Virus record (IMG/VR): IMGVR_UViG_3300023109_000014
Location: 18,462 to 82,461 of that record
DNA length: 64,000 nucleotides
Reading direction: 5' to 3' (one strand)
DNA from: a virus
Positions 62,696 to 64,000 of the stretch are shown in pieces (within the stretch, counting starts at the first letter, position 1; every line of letters begins with the position of its first letter). Position numbers and translations under genes: made by a program. The notes under the pieces are model-generated. The model did not search any database. It was given only the letters and a program-made list of their open reading frames with translations, and was not told where the DNA came from.

Positions 62696-64000
62696 TTAAT
62701 TTTCTACTATAAAATCTTTTTTACCGATTGTCTTCCAGAAGTTTTCATTCTTTTCGAATTCATCTTTTGATTTTTCAATTAACCTATGATTTCTGAAACC
62801 TAGTCTTGTACCCATTATTAAAAAGTTTATTTTTGAAAAAGTAAATAAATCAAGATCTTCTTTTTTGCATTTAATTAATACTTTTAATTGGTGTTGCTCG
62901 TTATTTGAATTGCTTGAGCCTATTTCTTTGAGGGTGATTTTTTCACTAATAATGTCAAACGCGATTATAATTGGTTGATTGCATGTATAAGACATTACTT
63001 CTATAGAATTTTTCTCGCAAGACTCTACGAAAATTGGGTCTATTTTGAATTCAATGTATTTATCTCCTTTGTTTTGAATAGATATGTTATCGAAAAATAA
63101 AACCTCTGGAGACTCTACGCAAGATAAAGCTCTGAATCCATAATTTTCAGTTTCTATTACGCAGCTTTTTGAACCTGGAGGGCCTGGAGGTCCTTGCGGC
63201 CCATTACCTCCACCTGGAGTTCCTGGAGTTCCATCAGTTCCTGGAGTTCCATCAGTTCCATCAGTTCCTGAAGTTCCATCAGTTCCTGGAGTTCCATCAT
63301 TTCCTGGAGTTCCGTCAATTCCGTTAATTCCGTCAATTCCGTTAATTCCGTCAATTCCGTCATTTCCTGGAGTTCCTGGATCTCCGTCAACTCCTTTGTC
63401 TCCGTCAATTCCTTTATCTCCGTCAATTCCTTTGTCTCCGTCAATTCCTTTGTCTCCGTCAATTCCTTTGTCTCCGTCAACTCCTGGAGTTCCATCAGTT
63501 CCTGGAGTTCCATCAGTTCCTGGAGTTCCATCAGTTCCGTGAGTTCCATCAGTTCCGTGAGTTCCATCAGTTCCGTGAGTTCCTGGAGTTCCATCAGTTC
63601 CTGGAGTTCCATCAGTTCCGTGAGTTCCATCAGTTCCTGGAGTTCCATCAGTTCCTGGAGTTCCATCAGTTCCGTGAGTTCCATCAGTTCCGTGAGTTCC
63701 ATCAGTTCCGTGAGTTCCATCAGTTCCATCAGTTCCGTGAGTTCCATCAGTTCCATCAGTTCCGTGAGTTCCATCGGTTCCGTGAGTTCCATCGGTTCCG
63801 TGAGTTCCTGGAGTTCCATCAGTTCCGTGAGTTCCATCAGTTCCATCAGTTCCATCAGTTCCTTGAGTTCCATCAGTTCCTGGAGTTCCATCAGTTCCTG
63901 GAGTTCCATCAGTTCCGTGAGTTCCATCAGTTCCGTGAGTTCCATCAGTTCCGTGAGTTCCATCAGTTCCGTGAGTTCCATCAGTTCCATCAGTTCCGTG
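62696..64000 (-). CDS. Collagen-like (Gly-X-Y) fibre protein, 5'-truncated by the window edge; includes track ORF 62696..62995 as its C-terminus
   Basis: Frame open from 64000: (GTH/GTD/GTP)n, GID/GDK, GPQGPPGPPG, then SKSCVIETENYGFRALSCVESPEVLFFD..., continuing in frame into MSYTCNQP. Confidence 0.85.
   Translation of the reverse strand, partial: HGTDGTDGTHGTDGTHGTDGTHGTDGTHGTDGTPGTDGTPGTDGTQGTDGTDGTDGTHGTDGTPGTHGTDGTHGTDGTHGTDGTDGTHGTDGTDGTHGTDGTHGTDGTHGTDGTPGTDGTPGTDGTHGTDGTPGTDGTPGTHGTDGTHGTDGTHGTDGTPGTDGTPGTDGTPGVDGDKGIDGDKGIDGDKGIDGDKGIDGDKGVDGDPGTPGNDGIDGINGIDGINGIDGTPGNDGTPGTDGTSGTDGTDGTPGTDGTPGTPGGGNGPQGPPGPPGSKSCVIETENYGFRALSCVESPEVLFFDNISIQNKGDKYIEFKIDPIFVESCEKNSIEVMSYTCNQPIIIAFDIISEKITLKEIGSSNSNNEQHQLKVLIKCKKEDLDLFTFSKINFLIMGTRLGFRNHRLIEKSKDEFEKNENFWKTIGKKDFIVEN
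63170..64000 (-). repeat. 9-bp-unit tandem repeat (GGAACT-GAT/CAC/CCA) encoding collagen triplets
   Basis: Plus-strand units gttccatca, gttccgtga and gttcctgga. Confidence 0.95.

Noticed and set aside
63157-63990. Track ORF 'MELMELTELMEL...' (277 aa)
   Set aside because: Off-frame reading of the 9-bp collagen repeat; the Gly-X-Y frame joins a real C-terminal domain.
63170-64000. Possible CRISPR array or non-coding satellite
   Set aside because: 9-bp units with no unique spacers; explained by collagen codons.
1-64000. Stop-codon reassignment
   Set aside because: Genes pack tightly in the standard code, and TAA, TGA (3224, 15149) and TAG (18881, 51905) all end genes at sensible boundaries.
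1-64000. tRNA, rRNA, integrase or transposase genes
   Set aside because: Intergenic gaps are short and none was recognised by eye; a tRNAscan/Infernal run would confirm.

Overview
This window is the late, virion-building region of a large AT-rich tailed dsDNA phage (Caudoviricetes). No sheath gene is present, so the tail looks siphovirus-like. Plus-strand order: Zn-ribbon protein, sigma-like factor, candidate TerS, C2H2+ERCC4 nuclease, TerL, portal, small basic protein, prohead protease with nested scaffold, decoration protein, major capsid, neck genes, tail tube plus two paralogs, two chaperones, a 10,437-aa tape measure protein (TMP) and tail-tip genes. A short convergent minus-strand block follows (DUF1360-like protein, cyclophilin, collagen-like protein). 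Main finding: the giant TMP looks like a modular cargo polyprotein. About 27 copies of a short (S/A)-x-G-x-[VI]-P-N-F motif delimit discrete cassettes. These include a HAD phosphatase, a complete CCA-adding enzyme with HD domain, an R-S-E ADP-ribosyltransferase, two PD-(D/E)XK-like domains, a DUF2786-like hairpin and a recurring unknown 'E...VxNxxE' domain. This suggests an ejected tRNA-repair and host-takeover kit. Also seen: a likely phage late-promoter motif (RTGTA, often exactly 9 nt before ATG) and a bipartite version shared by the scaffold/capsid and tail-tube units. All calls come from reading motifs by eye; no database search was run.
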